The notes: generated by a model from the sequence alone, not told the origin. A stretch of DNA of 61,574 nt from a bacterium (GCA_020854115.1 JADZGC010000017.1:1-61574), one strand, 5' to 3'; positions 47,002 through 56,915 are shown, counted from the stretch's first letter. Translations and numbers: made by a program.

Positions 47002-47618
47002 ACTTCACGCCCCTTCAGTAGAACGGCGCCCTTGCGTGGACCAGGAACAGCACCGGCTACAGCGATTACGTTACTATCTGCATCGATATGAACAATGTTG
47101 AGGTTCTTGACCGAAACCTGCTCATGGCCCATATGCCCGGCCATCTTGATGCCCTTGAAGACGTGCTGTGGGTATCCTGCACCAATAGAGCCCGGGGCAC
47201 GATAGTTGTGTGAACCGTGCGTCTTTGGACCACGATGAAAGTTATGTCGCTTGATTGTGCCAGCAAAGCCTTTACCCTTAGAAATGCCAGTAACCGCGAC
47301 TTTTTCTCCGACTTCGAAGATATCAGCCTTAATTTGGTCACCTACCTTTAGCTGGCTTTCGCCCTCAACTTCAGTGGTACGGACTTCACGCAAGAGTTTG
47401 GAGTTCGCACCACTAGCCTTGAGGTGACCAGCCTTTGACTTCGGCATACGCTTAGCATCACCAAAGCCAAGCTGTGCAGCAGAGTAGCCATCATTCGCAA
47501 CTGTTTTTACTTGTGTAACTACGCACGGTCCAGCCTGCAATACAGTGACAGATTGCAAACGTCCTTCAGCATCATAGAGCTGCGTCATTCCGATTTTGGT
47601 GGCAAGTATAGCTTTCAT
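46998..47618 (-). CDS. rplC: 50S ribosomal protein L3
   Basis: MKAILATKIGMTQLYD from ATG 47618; the track starts at TTG 47657. Also FKGIKMAGHMG. Confidence 0.93.
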   Translation of the reverse strand: MKAILATKIGMTQLYDAEGRLQSVTVLQAGPCVVTQVKTVANDGYSAAQLGFGDAKRMPKSKAGHLKASGANSKLLREVRTTEVEGESQLKVGDQIKADIFEVGEKVAVTGISKGKGFAGTIKRHNFHRGPKTHGSHNYRAPGSIGAGYPQHVFKGIKMAGHMGHEQVSVKNLNIVHIDADSNVIAVAGAVPGPRKGAVLLKGREV

Positions 47619-47743
47619 AAAATATATCGTGTCTTCAAATAAAACCCTGGCAAGCAATCCGGTTTCCAGATGAGATCATGCCGATCTACGGTTTTATCCT
47701 GGACCTGGGCGCTTCCCAGCTATGTAAAAAGTCAACGCATATG

Positions 47744-47773
47744 AGTTTATCAGATAAGATCCAGATATGTCAA
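47744..47773 (-). promoter_or_regulatory. Candidate promoter for the rplC...rpsI operon
   Basis: The minus strand reads TTGACA (47768-47773), an 18-nt spacer, then TAAACT (47744-47749). A ~125-nt leader follows, containing the hairpin CTGGG-AAGCG-CCCAG. Confidence 0.3.
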
Positions 47774-47835
47774 CACCTTGGCAGCTTCAACGAGTGATAC
47801 ACGAACCGTGCCACTAGATATTTTGTTATGAATTA

Positions 47836-47864
47836 TTGACATATTTACCATTTAATGTTATTGT
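47836..47864 (+). promoter_or_regulatory. Near-consensus sigma70-type promoter firing away from, and antisense to, the ribosomal operons
   Basis: TTGACA (47836-47841), a 17-nt spacer ending in TG, then TATTGT (47859-47864). Confidence 0.45.
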
Positions 47865-47870
47865 AAGCAC

Positions 47871-48375
47871 ATCACGCACCCACTGAAAGGGATGCGCACA
47901 AAGCCATGGAGCCGACATTTCGACTTACCATCTGGCACAGGAATGGTCTGCCAGAGAAACCTGCAGTCGGGCTCGTTCGGGCTTCCTCTGCAGGCGACCG
48001 ATGCCTAGTCACTCAGACCGTTCCCGAAGCACAGCAATTCGCTCTTGCATCGGCGATAGCTACCGCAAGCACTTCTGTAAGCGGCACCCGCTACCTTGAA
48101 GGGGCGATTAACTCCATTCAGTTCGATTCGAGAGCCCTTTCTCGCAGAGATCTACCGAGACGCTCACGGCCATGTCGAAGCGCCCCTGATTAGCCTCGGA
48201 AACAACTTCGTCGACAAGGTTCTGCAGATTGCATCTCTCGAAGCTGCCATTCTTCCAGCCAGCAGATTTTGCTGACCTCCGCCCGATTTCCTTCCCCAGC
48301 AGAAAATCGGGCTCTTTATATACCCGCCCTTCGTCTTACTAACAACTAAAAAAGCCCCTGACAGGAGGCTTTTTT
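47871..48375 (+). ncRNA. Candidate ~0.5-kb structured RNA (or small-protein mRNA) between rplC and rpsJ
   Basis: Bounded by the promoter at 47836 and the terminator at 48348. Visibly GC-richer than its flanks. Several hand-found helices: CCTGCAG...CTGCAGG (47961-47995), CCGATGC...GCATCGG (47998/48047), CCCGATTT...AAATCGGG (48282-48311). The only ORF (95 aa, 47906-48193) lacks an RBS. Confidence 0.3.
48348..48375. terminator. Bidirectional intrinsic terminator after rpsJ and after the plus-strand unit
   Basis: AAAAAAGCCCCTG-ACA-GGAGGCTTTTTT: a GC stem with one bulge, an A-run 5' and a T-run 3'. Confidence 0.7.
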
Positions 48376-48395
48376 AGCGTGACATAAATCACATA

Positions 48396-48713
48396 TTACA
48401 TCTTGATCTCGATATCGACCCCGGCAGGGAGACTAAGATTCATCAAAGAATCAATGGTCTTTGGTGTTGGCTCGGTAATATCGATCAGACGCTTGTGGGT
48501 GCGCATCTCGAACGCTTCATGACTATCTTTGAAGATGTGAGGGCTACGAATAACAGTAGTCGTCTTCTTGTCAGTTGGCAGCGGCACCGGGCCGGCAACT
48601 TGTGCGCCGGTGCGGATAGCCGTGTCAATGATCTGCTTCGCAGACTGGTCAATGACTTTGTTGTCATACGCCTTGAGGCGGATGCGGATACGCTGGGTGT
48701 TCTTGTCGCTCAT
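48396..48713 (-). CDS. rpsJ: 30S ribosomal protein S10
   Basis: [41 protein letters not shown]. Confidence 0.97.
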   Translation of the reverse strand: MSDKNTQRIRIRLKAYDNKVIDQSAKQIIDTAIRTGAQVAGPVPLPTDKKTTTVIRSPHIFKDSHEAFEMRTHKRLIDITEPTPKTIDSLMNLSLPAGVDIEIKM

Positions 48714-48742
48714 AAGGTGCCTTCTCGTTAGATCCCTGAGTG

Positions 48743-49924
48743 CTACTTCGTAATCTTAGTTACGACACCGGCGCCAACCGTGCGGCCACCTTCACGAATA
48801 GCGAAGCGGAGACCTTCATCCATGGCGATTGGAGCAAGCAACTTAACGTTTACATTGATGTTATCACCAGGCATAACCATCTTCATGCCCTCAGGAAGTT
48901 TAACTTCACCAGTTACATCAGTGGTACGGAAGTAGAACTGGGGCTTATAGCCATCGAGGAATGGGGTGTGGCGTCCGCCTTCTTCCTTGGTCAAAACATA
49001 CACTTCAGCTTCAAACTCGGTATGCGGGGTGATAGAACCTGGCTTAGCGATAACCTGACCGCGCTCGATCTGAGTGCGCTCAATACCGCGGAGCAAGAGA
49101 CCTACATTGTCACCAGCCTGTCCTTGGTCAAGGAGCTTACGGAACATTTCTACACCAGTAACAACAGTCTTTTGGTTGTCCTTAATACCAACGATTTCAA
49201 CTTCTTCGTTCACCTTGATGATACCCTGCTCGATACGGCCGGTAGCAACTGTACCACGACCCTTAATCGAGAATACGTCTTCGATTGGCATCAAGAATGG
49301 CTTATCAAGATCGCGCTCTGGCTCTGGGAGGAACTCATCCATAGCCTTCACGAGCTCCATGATTGAGTCTTCAGCGGTAGCATCGCCTTCAAGTGCCTTG
49401 AGTGCTGAACCCTTGACGATTGGGCAGTCGCGAGCAAACTCGTTCTTTTCGAGCAAATCGCGGATTTCTTCTTCTACGAGCTCAGCGATTTCTGGATCAG
49501 CCATGTCCATCTTGTTCATGTAGACAAGAATGCGTGGTACGCCGACTTGGCGAGCAAGCAATACATGCTCACGAGTCTGAGGCATTGGACCGTCAGCAGC
49601 AGATACTACAAGGATAGCACCGTCTACCTGAGCTGCACCGGTAATCATGTTTTTTACGTAGTCAGCGTGACCTGGCATGTCAACGTGGGCGTAGTGACGC
49701 TTTTCTGACTCGTACTCTTGGTGAGAGGTAGCGATGGTGATACCGCGCTCGCGCTCTTCTGGAGCCTTGTCGATCTCGTCGTAGTTAATTGGCTTGTTTA
49801 CATCTGAAGGCAATTTCTTCGCCAAAACATGCGTAATAGCAGCTGTAAGAGTTGTCTTCCCGTGGTCAACGTGACCCATGGTACCGACGTTAATATGTGG
49901 TTTATCGCGCTTGAATTCTGCCAC
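48743..49924 (-). CDS. tuf: Elongation factor Tu
   Basis: GTG start with AAGGAG 7 nt upstream. [28 protein letters not shown]. Confidence 0.98.
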   Translation of the reverse strand: MAEFKRDKPHINVGTMGHVDHGKTTLTAAITHVLAKKLPSDVNKPINYDEIDKAPEERERGITIATSHQEYESEKRHYAHVDMPGHADYVKNMITGAAQVDGAILVVSAADGPMPQTREHVLLARQVGVPRILVYMNKMDMADPEIAELVEEEIRDLLEKNEFARDCPIVKGSALKALEGDATAEDSIMELVKAMDEFLPEPERDLDKPFLMPIEDVFSIKGRGTVATGRIEQGIIKVNEEVEIVGIKDNQKTVVTGVEMFRKLLDQGQAGDNVGLLLRGIERTQIERGQVIAKPGSITPHTEFEAEVYVLTKEEGGRHTPFLDGYKPQFYFRTTDVTGEVKLPEGMKMVMPGDNINVNVKLLAPIAMDEGLRFAIREGGRTVGAGVVTKITK

Positions 49925-50127
49925 GAAAAATCTCCTTATCTTTTTATAATACCGATCATTACATTGGTGTCATACGACAATGTCTATGGTGCGCGCTAGG
50001 ACAAGAAAAACCGCCCCACCACGCAGGACTGGTCCATTGTATCGAGAAAGTCGCACTTTGTAAAGAGATCTATAACGGGGTATCGCCGAGATTCAAAAAA
50101 AGCTACCTGACAGTAGTGCCTGATAGC

Positions 50128-50595
50128 TTAAAGCTGGGATACCATTTCCTTCACGGATCGCCGCAAATAATGATGAGTCCGAGCGCGGAAGATCTCGAGT
50201 CGAAGATAATTCCAAATCCAGATCAACCAAGCAAGGATAGACCCAGCGCCGACGAAATGAACGCCAACAATCGCACTTGGCCTATCCATTGGTGTCATAT
50301 CAAGGAAAAGCCCCAGGCAGAAGAAACCGACTAAAACAACAAGGCCGGAGAGAAGCCTACACGGCCAATCCCACAACACAAAGTCACGATCATAGTGTCT
50401 ACGCTCGACATCTGAGTACGAAAGGTATGATTCGTACTCTAAAACTCTCATGAGCTGTTTTTCGGCGATACGAAACTTGATGGCCCATACAGGTCGCTTG
50501 AGGCAATTGAGGGTTCGACACTGACCCTTCTTGGGTTTCGGCGCCCTCTTCGATGCATCAGGACGATTGAAGTGCCAGTGCGGAAACGGCATCAT
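50128..50595 (-). CDS. Hypothetical two-TM protein (155 aa), third gene of the fusA-tuf insert
   Basis: ATG 50595 overlaps the upstream TGA (ATGA at 50592-50595). The basic N-terminus (KRAPKPKKGQCRTLNCLKRP) is followed by TM helices LLSGLVVLVGFFCLGLFL and VHFVGAGSILAWLIWIW. No family recognised. Confidence 0.5.
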   Translation of the reverse strand: MMPFPHWHFNRPDASKRAPKPKKGQCRTLNCLKRPVWAIKFRIAEKQLMRVLEYESYLSYSDVERRHYDRDFVLWDWPCRLLSGLVVLVGFFCLGLFLDMTPMDRPSAIVGVHFVGAGSILAWLIWIWNYLRLEIFRARTHHYLRRSVKEMVSQL

Positions 50596-51050
50596 CGTGC
50601 CGCCCGCCAAGGCAATGGCTGCGCTTGACTATACTGTGTGGACCGGCGCATGCGGGCATTCATCTGCAAAGATGTGCGCGCAACTCTACGTGAGAAACCA
50701 GCTCGACGAAGGTATTTGCGACTAGTTTTCAGATCCCGGCGGTAGGCTCGATAGCCGAAGAGCAATTGCTGTTGACCAGCGATTTGCCACTCTTCTACCA
50801 GCAGCGTGCGCAAACGTCTCGAGAAGATCGATGGCACAACACCCCACAGAACACGCCATGCGACGTTTATACCCCAGAGTGTGCCGACCAACTGCATGAC
50901 TACAGCTACAGCGTCGGGCTGCCCTGCTACAAAATACATACACGATGCAAAGATCGTGATCATTCCATAGCCCCAGAAGCAGGCTTCCCCTTCATCAGAC
51001 CAGGGGCCGATGAATCGCAATGTAGCGCGAAAATGGCCGCAAGGCATCAT
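50592..51050 (-). CDS. Hypothetical two-TM protein with Arg-rich tail (152 aa)
   Basis: The ATG is preceded by a perfect AGGAGG (51055-51060) that overlaps the upstream stop. TM helices MITIFASCMYFVAG and VVMQLVGTLWGINVAWRVLWGVV. Confidence 0.55.
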   Translation of the reverse strand: MMPCGHFRATLRFIGPWSDEGEACFWGYGMITIFASCMYFVAGQPDAVAVVMQLVGTLWGINVAWRVLWGVVPSIFSRRLRTLLVEEWQIAGQQQLLFGYRAYRRDLKTSRKYLRRAGFSRRVARTSLQMNARMRRSTQYSQAQPLPWRAAR

Positions 51051-51059
51051 GACACCTCC

Positions 51060-51299
51060 TCAATCGCCGTAATAACCATGCGTTTTGACATGTTCTATTC
51101 CGCCAAATAATCGAGTTGATTGACGTGAAAGATGATTGCATCCGCAGTCAGGGCAATGAGACATCTTCCAGGCCGTGGCAGCGTCTGCGTAATGGTAGCC
51201 CATCAGCCCGTTATCAAGCCTCGTAAAAACCCTAACACGCCCACATCGTGTGCACTCTATCCGTAGAGTATTAGCGTCTCTCGGTGGATCTGTAGGCAT
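51060..51299 (-). CDS. Small four-Cys zinc-ribbon protein (79 aa from ATG 51299; 85 aa if TTG 51317)
   Basis: CTRCG...(32 aa)...CPDCGC. First gene of a three-gene coupled unit. Confidence 0.5.
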   Translation of the reverse strand: MPTDPPRDANTLRIECTRCGRVRVFTRLDNGLMGYHYADAATAWKMSHCPDCGCNHLSRQSTRLFGGIEHVKTHGYYGD

Positions 51300-51341
51300 G
51301 CGCTTCTTTCCCTTCAAGGTACAGTGCTGTCTTTATATACC

Positions 51342-51369
51342 AAAAAGCCCCTAATCACAAGAGGCTTTT
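51342..51369 (-). terminator. Intrinsic terminator after fusA
   Basis: The minus-strand RNA reads AAAAGCCUC-UUGUGAUUA-GGGGCUUUUUGG: a 5-bp G/C stem including one G-U, plus A/U extension and a U-run. Confidence 0.6.
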
Positions 51370-51388
51370 ATGGATATTGGAAAACTAG

Positions 51389-53500
51389 CTATTCTGTAGC
51401 TGCAGCAGCTCTTGGGTTCTTGCCAATGAGATCTTCGGCGATGTTACGCGGGACTTCTGCGTAATGATCAAACTCCATTGAGTAGTTCGCGCGACCCTGT
51501 GTCATTGAGCGCAAGCTGGTTGCATATCCAAACATCTCTGAAAGCGGCACAAAGGCGTCGATAATCTTCGCACCGGCGCGATCCGACATTTGATCAATAC
51601 GACCACGCTTGGAGTTGATGTCACCCACGACGTCACCCATGAATTCTTCTGGTGCCGTCACTTCGACCTTCATAACTGGCTCGAGGATCACTGGGTCAGC
51701 CTTGCGCACACCTTCTTGGAGTGCTATCGATCCGGCGATCTTGAAAGCCATTTCTGAGGAGTCTACTTCGTGGTATGAACCATCATAGAGCTTGGCCTTC
51801 ACGTCTACGACCGGATAGCCGGCGAGTACACCATTTCCCATTGCTTCTCTAATGCCCTCGTCAACCGGCTTGATGTATTCCTTAGGAACCACACCACCGA
51901 CGATGGCGTTTTCAAACTCGTAGGTTGGCTTGTCGCCCTCAATATCTTCGACATGCACCAGCGGGCTGATCTCCAACCACACATGACCATATTGACCACG
52001 ACCACCAGATTGACGTACGAACTTACCCTCAACCTGCACGGTCTTACGAACGGTTTCGCGATACGCTACTTGTGGCTTACCAACATTTGCCTCCACCTTG
52101 AACTCGCGCTTCATGCGATCAACCAGCACTTCGAGGTGAAGCTCACCCATCCCCGAAATCAAAGTCTGACCGGCCTCATTGTCGGAATTGACACGGAAGG
52201 TAGGGTCTTCTTCGGCAAGTCGCGAAAGCGCCATGCTCATCTTCTCTTGGTCGGCCTTGGTCTTTGGCTCAACGGCAATCTGAATAACTGGCTCTGGGAA
52301 GGTAATTTGTTCGAGAAGCACGCCATGCCCAACATCACACAGTGTGTGTCCAGTCATAGTGCCTTTAAGTCCCACTGCCGCAGCGATTTCGCCAGCATAG
52401 ACTTCTTGTACTTCTTCTCGGTTATTTGCATGCATTCGGAGAATGCGACCAATGCGCTCTTTCTCACCAGTAGAGCTATTGAGGACGTACGAGCCTGATT
52501 TGAGCGTACCGGCATAGACGCGAAAGAAGCAGAGCTTACCAACAAATGGGTCGGTAGCGATCTTGAAAGCTAGACCAACAAATGGTGCATCGTCGGCGAC
52601 CTTAACCAATTCTTGTTCTCCAGTCTTGGTTGACTCGGCAAGCGGAGCATTGATGTCGAGTGGGTTTGGTAAGTAATCAACAACGATATCGAGCAATTTT
52701 TCGACGATCACACCTCGTCCATCACCACCAGAAACAATGAAGAATTCACCGGTCAATACGCTCTTACGAATACAGGCCTTGATTTCATCAATCGTCAGAT
52801 CTTCACCTTCCAGATACTTCTCCATAATCGCGTCATCTGCTTCAACGGCAGCTTCGATAAGGTGGTTACGATAACGCTCGACCTTTTCTTTCATATCCTC
52901 TGGGATATCAATCTGCTGGAGTTCTTTGTCAGCGTAGTCGTTGTACTGGTAAGCCTTCTGCTCAATAACGTCAACGATACCATTGATCTCTTGCTCGAAG
53001 CCAATTGGCAGGTGGATTGGATAGGCTTTCTTCGTCAAGCGCCCATGAATTGACTCAAGACTCTTATAAAAATCACCACCAGTCTGATTGATCTTATTAA
53101 TAAAACAGATACGTGGCACGCCGTATTTGTCGGCCTGGCGCCATACGGTCTCAGACTGTGGCTCTACGCCCATCTTGCCGTCGAAGACTGTCACTGCGCC
53201 GTCGAGTACGCGCAAGCTTCGCTCTACTTCTACCGTAAAGTCGATGTGACCAGGAGTGTCAATGATGTTGATGCGCTTCCCATTCCAGAAACATGTCGTG
53301 GCAGCTGAAGTAATCGTAATACCACGCTCTTGCTCTTGCTCCATCCAGTCCATGGTTGCTTCACCTTCGTGCACTTCACCAATCTTATGTGTCTTACCAG
53401 TACGGTACAGGATTCCTTCTGTAACGGTTGTCTTCCCTGCATCGATGTGGGCAATGATGCCGATATTACGTGTATCTTCGAGTGAATATTCGCGAGCCAT
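51389..53500 (-). CDS. fusA: Elongation factor G
   Basis: [23 protein letters not shown], and 703 aa with the full five-domain length. Confidence 0.98.
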   Translation of the reverse strand: MAREYSLEDTRNIGIIAHIDAGKTTVTEGILYRTGKTHKIGEVHEGEATMDWMEQEQERGITITSAATTCFWNGKRINIIDTPGHIDFTVEVERSLRVLDGAVTVFDGKMGVEPQSETVWRQADKYGVPRICFINKINQTGGDFYKSLESIHGRLTKKAYPIHLPIGFEQEINGIVDVIEQKAYQYNDYADKELQQIDIPEDMKEKVERYRNHLIEAAVEADDAIMEKYLEGEDLTIDEIKACIRKSVLTGEFFIVSGGDGRGVIVEKLLDIVVDYLPNPLDINAPLAESTKTGEQELVKVADDAPFVGLAFKIATDPFVGKLCFFRVYAGTLKSGSYVLNSSTGEKERIGRILRMHANNREEVQEVYAGEIAAAVGLKGTMTGHTLCDVGHGVLLEQITFPEPVIQIAVEPKTKADQEKMSMALSRLAEEDPTFRVNSDNEAGQTLISGMGELHLEVLVDRMKREFKVEANVGKPQVAYRETVRKTVQVEGKFVRQSGGRGQYGHVWLEISPLVHVEDIEGDKPTYEFENAIVGGVVPKEYIKPVDEGIREAMGNGVLAGYPVVDVKAKLYDGSYHEVDSSEMAFKIAGSIALQEGVRKADPVILEPVMKVEVTAPEEFMGDVVGDINSKRGRIDQMSDRAGAKIIDAFVPLSEMFGYATSLRSMTQGRANYSMEFDHYAEVPRNIAEDLIGKNPRAAAATE

Positions 53501-53582
53501 AGTATTCCTTACTTTAAAATAAATGATTACTGGTTGATTTTAAGCGCAAACGAAAAATAGCGCTGTGCGCCAGTCGCTACAC

Positions 53583-53611
53583 AGTATAGCAGCTAATCAA
53601 CAGATCAGCAA
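53583..53611 (-). promoter_or_regulatory. Candidate dedicated fusA promoter
   Basis: The minus strand reads TTGCTG (53606-53611), a 17-nt spacer, then TATACT (53583-53588). Confidence 0.4.
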
Positions 53612-53703
53612 GCCTGTAACTATTGTATAATTTATATTTCTGTGCTATAATAGTAATCGACGCAACACTCTGTTCGTCGCCTCGCACCTACCAAGGAGTT
53701 CGC

Positions 53704-54117
53704 ATGAGCCCCGTAGAAGCCACCCTACATCTCACCATCTCGGTCCAACCCACCAGCCGCAGAAAAGGCAGTGCTCAGGACTTACTGTTCACGAATACAG
53801 TTGCATTCACAAGCGATTATGGTCTGCTGCGTCGTGGATTTGTTCCAATTCGCTTTTCTCCGCAATGGGGCCTGCCTAGTATGCGCATGCACCCACTAGA
53901 CGAGAATAGCATGCTTTCCCCGGTCAAAGTTATCACAACCTGGTTTGAATTGCCAAAGGGGGATAATCCGACTGCTACACTTCATGTACAACTATCTCGT
54001 GTGGCAATATACCTTGATAGCGACAAATCAATCAATGATGAAGTATCAAGACTAATAGATGTCGCCCGCACTGAGGGCTGGGCACTCTGCGGCCTGGTCG
54101 ATCACGACGAGGCCTAG
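53704..54117 (+). CDS. Hypothetical protein (137 aa)
   Basis: ATG 53704 is preceded by AAGGAG at 6-nt spacing; the track starts at an upstream TTG 53623. No family recognised. Confidence 0.5.
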   Translation: MSPVEATLHLTISVQPTSRRKGSAQDLLFTNTVAFTSDYGLLRRGFVPIRFSPQWGLPSMRMHPLDENSMLSPVKVITTWFELPKGDNPTATLHVQLSRVAIYLDSDKSINDEVSRLIDVARTEGWALCGLVDHDEA

Positions 54118-54147
54118 GGTGCCCTACCTCTTCATCGGAGGAACAAC

Positions 54148-54465
54148 ATGGGAAGACGAGGGGATTCCAAGCACCGACGATCCAACGTAAAGATTCAGCA
54201 TCATACTCTACCGGGATTACGAAGGCTACTCGAAACTATCGGCGGATACGAAGAAGTCAAGCTGGTTCACCCTGCAGACATTCGACACGGAGCTAAGACG
54301 CAAGGACTGCAGTTTCGCATCTCGAGCGTACATAAAAATACCATTTTTGTAACTGCGCGCAACAGCGGTGCGGCACAGAAGATCCACATCGTATCCAGCG
54401 ACATACCTGGGACGCTACGAAAGCTTCGTCTCCGGTCTGAGTTCGCTGGCGAAAATAACCCATAA
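54148..54465 (+). CDS. Hypothetical basic protein (105 aa) with N-terminal GDSKHRRS motif
   Basis: ATG preceded by GGAGG. MGRRGDSKHRRSNVKIQHHTLPGL...VHPADI...GAAQKIHIVSS vaguely recalls the small DUF2103-type predicted metal-binding proteins, but I cannot verify that. Confidence 0.5.
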   Translation: MGRRGDSKHRRSNVKIQHHTLPGLRRLLETIGGYEEVKLVHPADIRHGAKTQGLQFRISSVHKNTIFVTARNSGAAQKIHIVSSDIPGTLRKLRLRSEFAGENNP

Positions 54466-54494
54466 TCCACCCTGGTCTTGCGGGGTGGATTTTT
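54465..54494 (+). terminator. Intrinsic terminator after the 105-aa gene (convergent with the Clp-like gene)
   Basis: ATCCACCC-N10-GGGTGGAT followed by TTTT. Confidence 0.7.
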
Positions 54495-56915
54495 CTATAC
54501 TTGAGACTTTTCTTCTAGGTCTTTGCGATCGATTATCAGATGCGCACCCGGCTTAATATCCCCTGCCAACACGCCCTGACTAAGACGATCCTCAACAAAG
54601 CGCTGCAAGGCTCGGCGCATCGGTCGAGCACCCATGCGCGGATCATTTCCCTGCTCCACGACATATTCCTTGGCACTCTCTGTCAGCTCGACCGAAATCT
54701 GTTGTGCTTCCAGGCTCTTATTGAGCGACTTGAGCATAATACCCACCACATCTTTAAGCTCAGCTGGAGTTAGTGGACGGAACATGACAACATCATCAAA
54801 ACGGTTCAGAAGCTCTGGCTTAAAGATTTGCTGCGAGATCATCTTGTCTACGAGCTCGTCATGGAGAGTTGTAAGATCGCGTTGCTGTGCGACAGCTTGC
54901 CGGATATCATCTGCAAGTGCGTTTGATGTCAGGATAATGATGCTTTCTTTAAAGCTAACTGGCTTCCCCGCGGTATCAGTCAATCGACCTTCATCCAGGA
55001 GTTGCAAGATCAGATTAAGAATATCTGGATGGGCTTTCTCAATCTCATCTAAGAGCACCACGCTGTATGGCTGCTCGCGCACTTTTTGCAGGAAAGATGA
55101 GCCAGTTCCCGATTCAGATGCAGCAGCTAAGAGGCGCGCAACATCGCTCGTTTGCTGATATTCCGACATGTCTAGCCGGATCATCTTGTCTTCACCACTA
55201 AAGTATACTGCCGCTAGAGACTTGGCTAGCTCGGTTTTACCAACACCGGTCGGCCCCAAAAAGAGAAAACTGCCTATTGGGCGATTTGGATCTTTTACGC
55301 CCGAGCGTGCCCGGCGCAAAGCCGAAGCCACAGCAGTAACTGCCACCGTCTGATTTATCATACGATCATGGATCAGGGCTTCAAGGTGCAGCAGCTTCTG
55401 CGCCTCATCGCCAGTCGCAGTCCCTGCCTTGATGCCGGTCATCTTTTCCACGGCTGCCTGCACTGACTTCTCTGTCACGAGGCCATTCTGAGATGAGCCA
55501 AACGAGGCCCGTAACATATCAATTGCGGCCCCGGGCTGCGTTTTTGTGGTTGTATAACGATCTGAAAGTGTTGCTGCTTCTTTGATGGCAGACAGCGTAA
55601 TCAGCAACCCTTCTCGTTGCTCATACTCAAGCGCCACATCCTCAAGCGTACGGATAGTACCCGCCCGATCAGCCGGAGGTACGACAATCTTGGTCATTTG
55701 ACCAACAAGATTGGGTCGTATCTGACTGAACCGAGTCCAGTCCTCTTCTGTGAATGCGAAGATCATCGGGAGATGAGTATTTTGTAAGATAGGCAACAAA
55801 ATCTCACTAATATCGATTGATCCTGCCTTTGACTCAAAGAATGCTTGTGCTTCATCAAAGAAAAGCACAACATTTTTCGCACGCACCGCATCAGCAAGCA
55901 TTTCAGTAATTACCTTTTCGATTGGCGTGTCTTGTCCGGCCGCCGACAGTAGTGCCGTGGCCGACAGCATCATAACCTTGCGATAGGTCAATCGACCCAC
56001 ATCGGCTCGGCTCAGTATCTGTTCAGCTAGGGAATATACGAGCGTGGTCTTCCCGCTACCAATCGGACCGACCAATGCAGCAGCTGGATGCACGGTTTCA
56101 TTGAGCGTCTGTATGAGCTGATTTATTACTTCCTCACGACCCAACGAAGAATACACACCATGTCCAGCTTCAATCTCGCCACTCATATTCTTCCCAAAAC
56201 GATAGAGGTAATTAGTATAGCCGGCAGCAAAGTCTCGCCCCAGACCACCGTACATATTGCGCTCATGCTTTTCTAAGCGATCATGAATAAAGTGATTCAG
56301 CCAAACGAGCCCTTCGGTAAGATCATCTGGATGAATGTCGGCACCGGCGAGAAAGGGGGCTCTCCCCTCTACGAGCAGGGCGAAAGCTACAAGCAGAGTG
56401 CCAGCGGTAATTTTGCGCTGTCCGGCCTTTTGCGCCTCTACAAAAGCGGTTGCATAAAGTTGGCCCAGGTCACACTGAGCTGCTTGCGCGTCCAGGGTGT
56501 TGACCGGCAGATTGATGTGATTGACCATAAACTGCGTCTGCCAGTGTGATTTAATGCGTGTCCATACATCAGCCGTCGTCTTGCAGCGTCGCAGGGGCAA
56601 GACCAAATCCGCACTAAGTAGGTCGGATAGATTATGCGTGCCGCTACCGACGGCGTCTTGATTAGAATGCTGCATCATCCCCCAGTTACCCCATGCCAGG
56701 GGCGGGATAAGCAGCCCAGACGGAATTGCAGAAAAGCAGGCAAGTTGCAGTTGCCCCACAAGCACCAATACGAAGGCTCCGAAAAGGCTCAACCCCACCA
56801 ACACAGCCAGTACGGTACGTAGGGCTTTCGATAGCAACCAGCCAGTACCCAATATTCGGGTCACACGACGTGAATATTGAAAACTAAAGCCAGATTCTTG
56901 TTCTTGCAGCGTCAC
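54495..56915 (-). CDS. Membrane-anchored two-ring Clp/Hsp100-family AAA+ ATPase (no M-domain)
   Basis: I call the start at GTG 56913-56915, overlapping the upstream TGA (GTGA). Two N-terminal TM helices (LRTVLAVLVGLSLFGAFVLVLVG, FSAIPSGLLIPPLAW). D1: GPIGSGKTT and VVLFFDEAQ. D2: FLFLGPTGVGKTELAKSLA, VVLLDEIEKAHPDILNLILQLLDEGRLTD, GARPMRRALQRFVED. Confidence 0.8.
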   Translation of the reverse strand: MTLQEQESGFSFQYSRRVTRILGTGWLLSKALRTVLAVLVGLSLFGAFVLVLVGQLQLACFSAIPSGLLIPPLAWGNWGMMQHSNQDAVGSGTHNLSDLLSADLVLPLRRCKTTADVWTRIKSHWQTQFMVNHINLPVNTLDAQAAQCDLGQLYATAFVEAQKAGQRKITAGTLLVAFALLVEGRAPFLAGADIHPDDLTEGLVWLNHFIHDRLEKHERNMYGGLGRDFAAGYTNYLYRFGKNMSGEIEAGHGVYSSLGREEVINQLIQTLNETVHPAAALVGPIGSGKTTLVYSLAEQILSRADVGRLTYRKVMMLSATALLSAAGQDTPIEKVITEMLADAVRAKNVVLFFDEAQAFFESKAGSIDISEILLPILQNTHLPMIFAFTEEDWTRFSQIRPNLVGQMTKIVVPPADRAGTIRTLEDVALEYEQREGLLITLSAIKEAATLSDRYTTTKTQPGAAIDMLRASFGSSQNGLVTEKSVQAAVEKMTGIKAGTATGDEAQKLLHLEALIHDRMINQTVAVTAVASALRRARSGVKDPNRPIGSFLFLGPTGVGKTELAKSLAAVYFSGEDKMIRLDMSEYQQTSDVARLLAAASESGTGSSFLQKVREQPYSVVLLDEIEKAHPDILNLILQLLDEGRLTDTAGKPVSFKESIIILTSNALADDIRQAVAQQRDLTTLHDELVDKMISQQIFKPELLNRFDDVVMFRPLTPAELKDVVGIMLKSLNKSLEAQQISVELTESAKEYVVEQGNDPRMGARPMRRALQRFVEDRLSQGVLAGDIKPGAHLIIDRKDLEEKSQV

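Noticed and set aside
47906-48193. 95-aa plus-strand ORF inside the rpsJ-rplC gap as a protein-coding gene
   Set aside because: There is no Shine-Dalgarno sequence, the composition is Ala/Ser/Arg-rich and low-complexity, and no homology is recognised. It is kept only as an alternative within the candidate-RNA finding.
33543-53500. Dozens of 60-180-aa antisense or out-of-frame ORFs inside ribosomal-protein, secY, tuf and fusA genes (e.g. 39646..40050, 44469..44894, 48740..49366, 51953..52498)
   Set aside because: Each lies wholly within a confidently identified, highly conserved gene on the other strand or frame. They are shadow ORFs.
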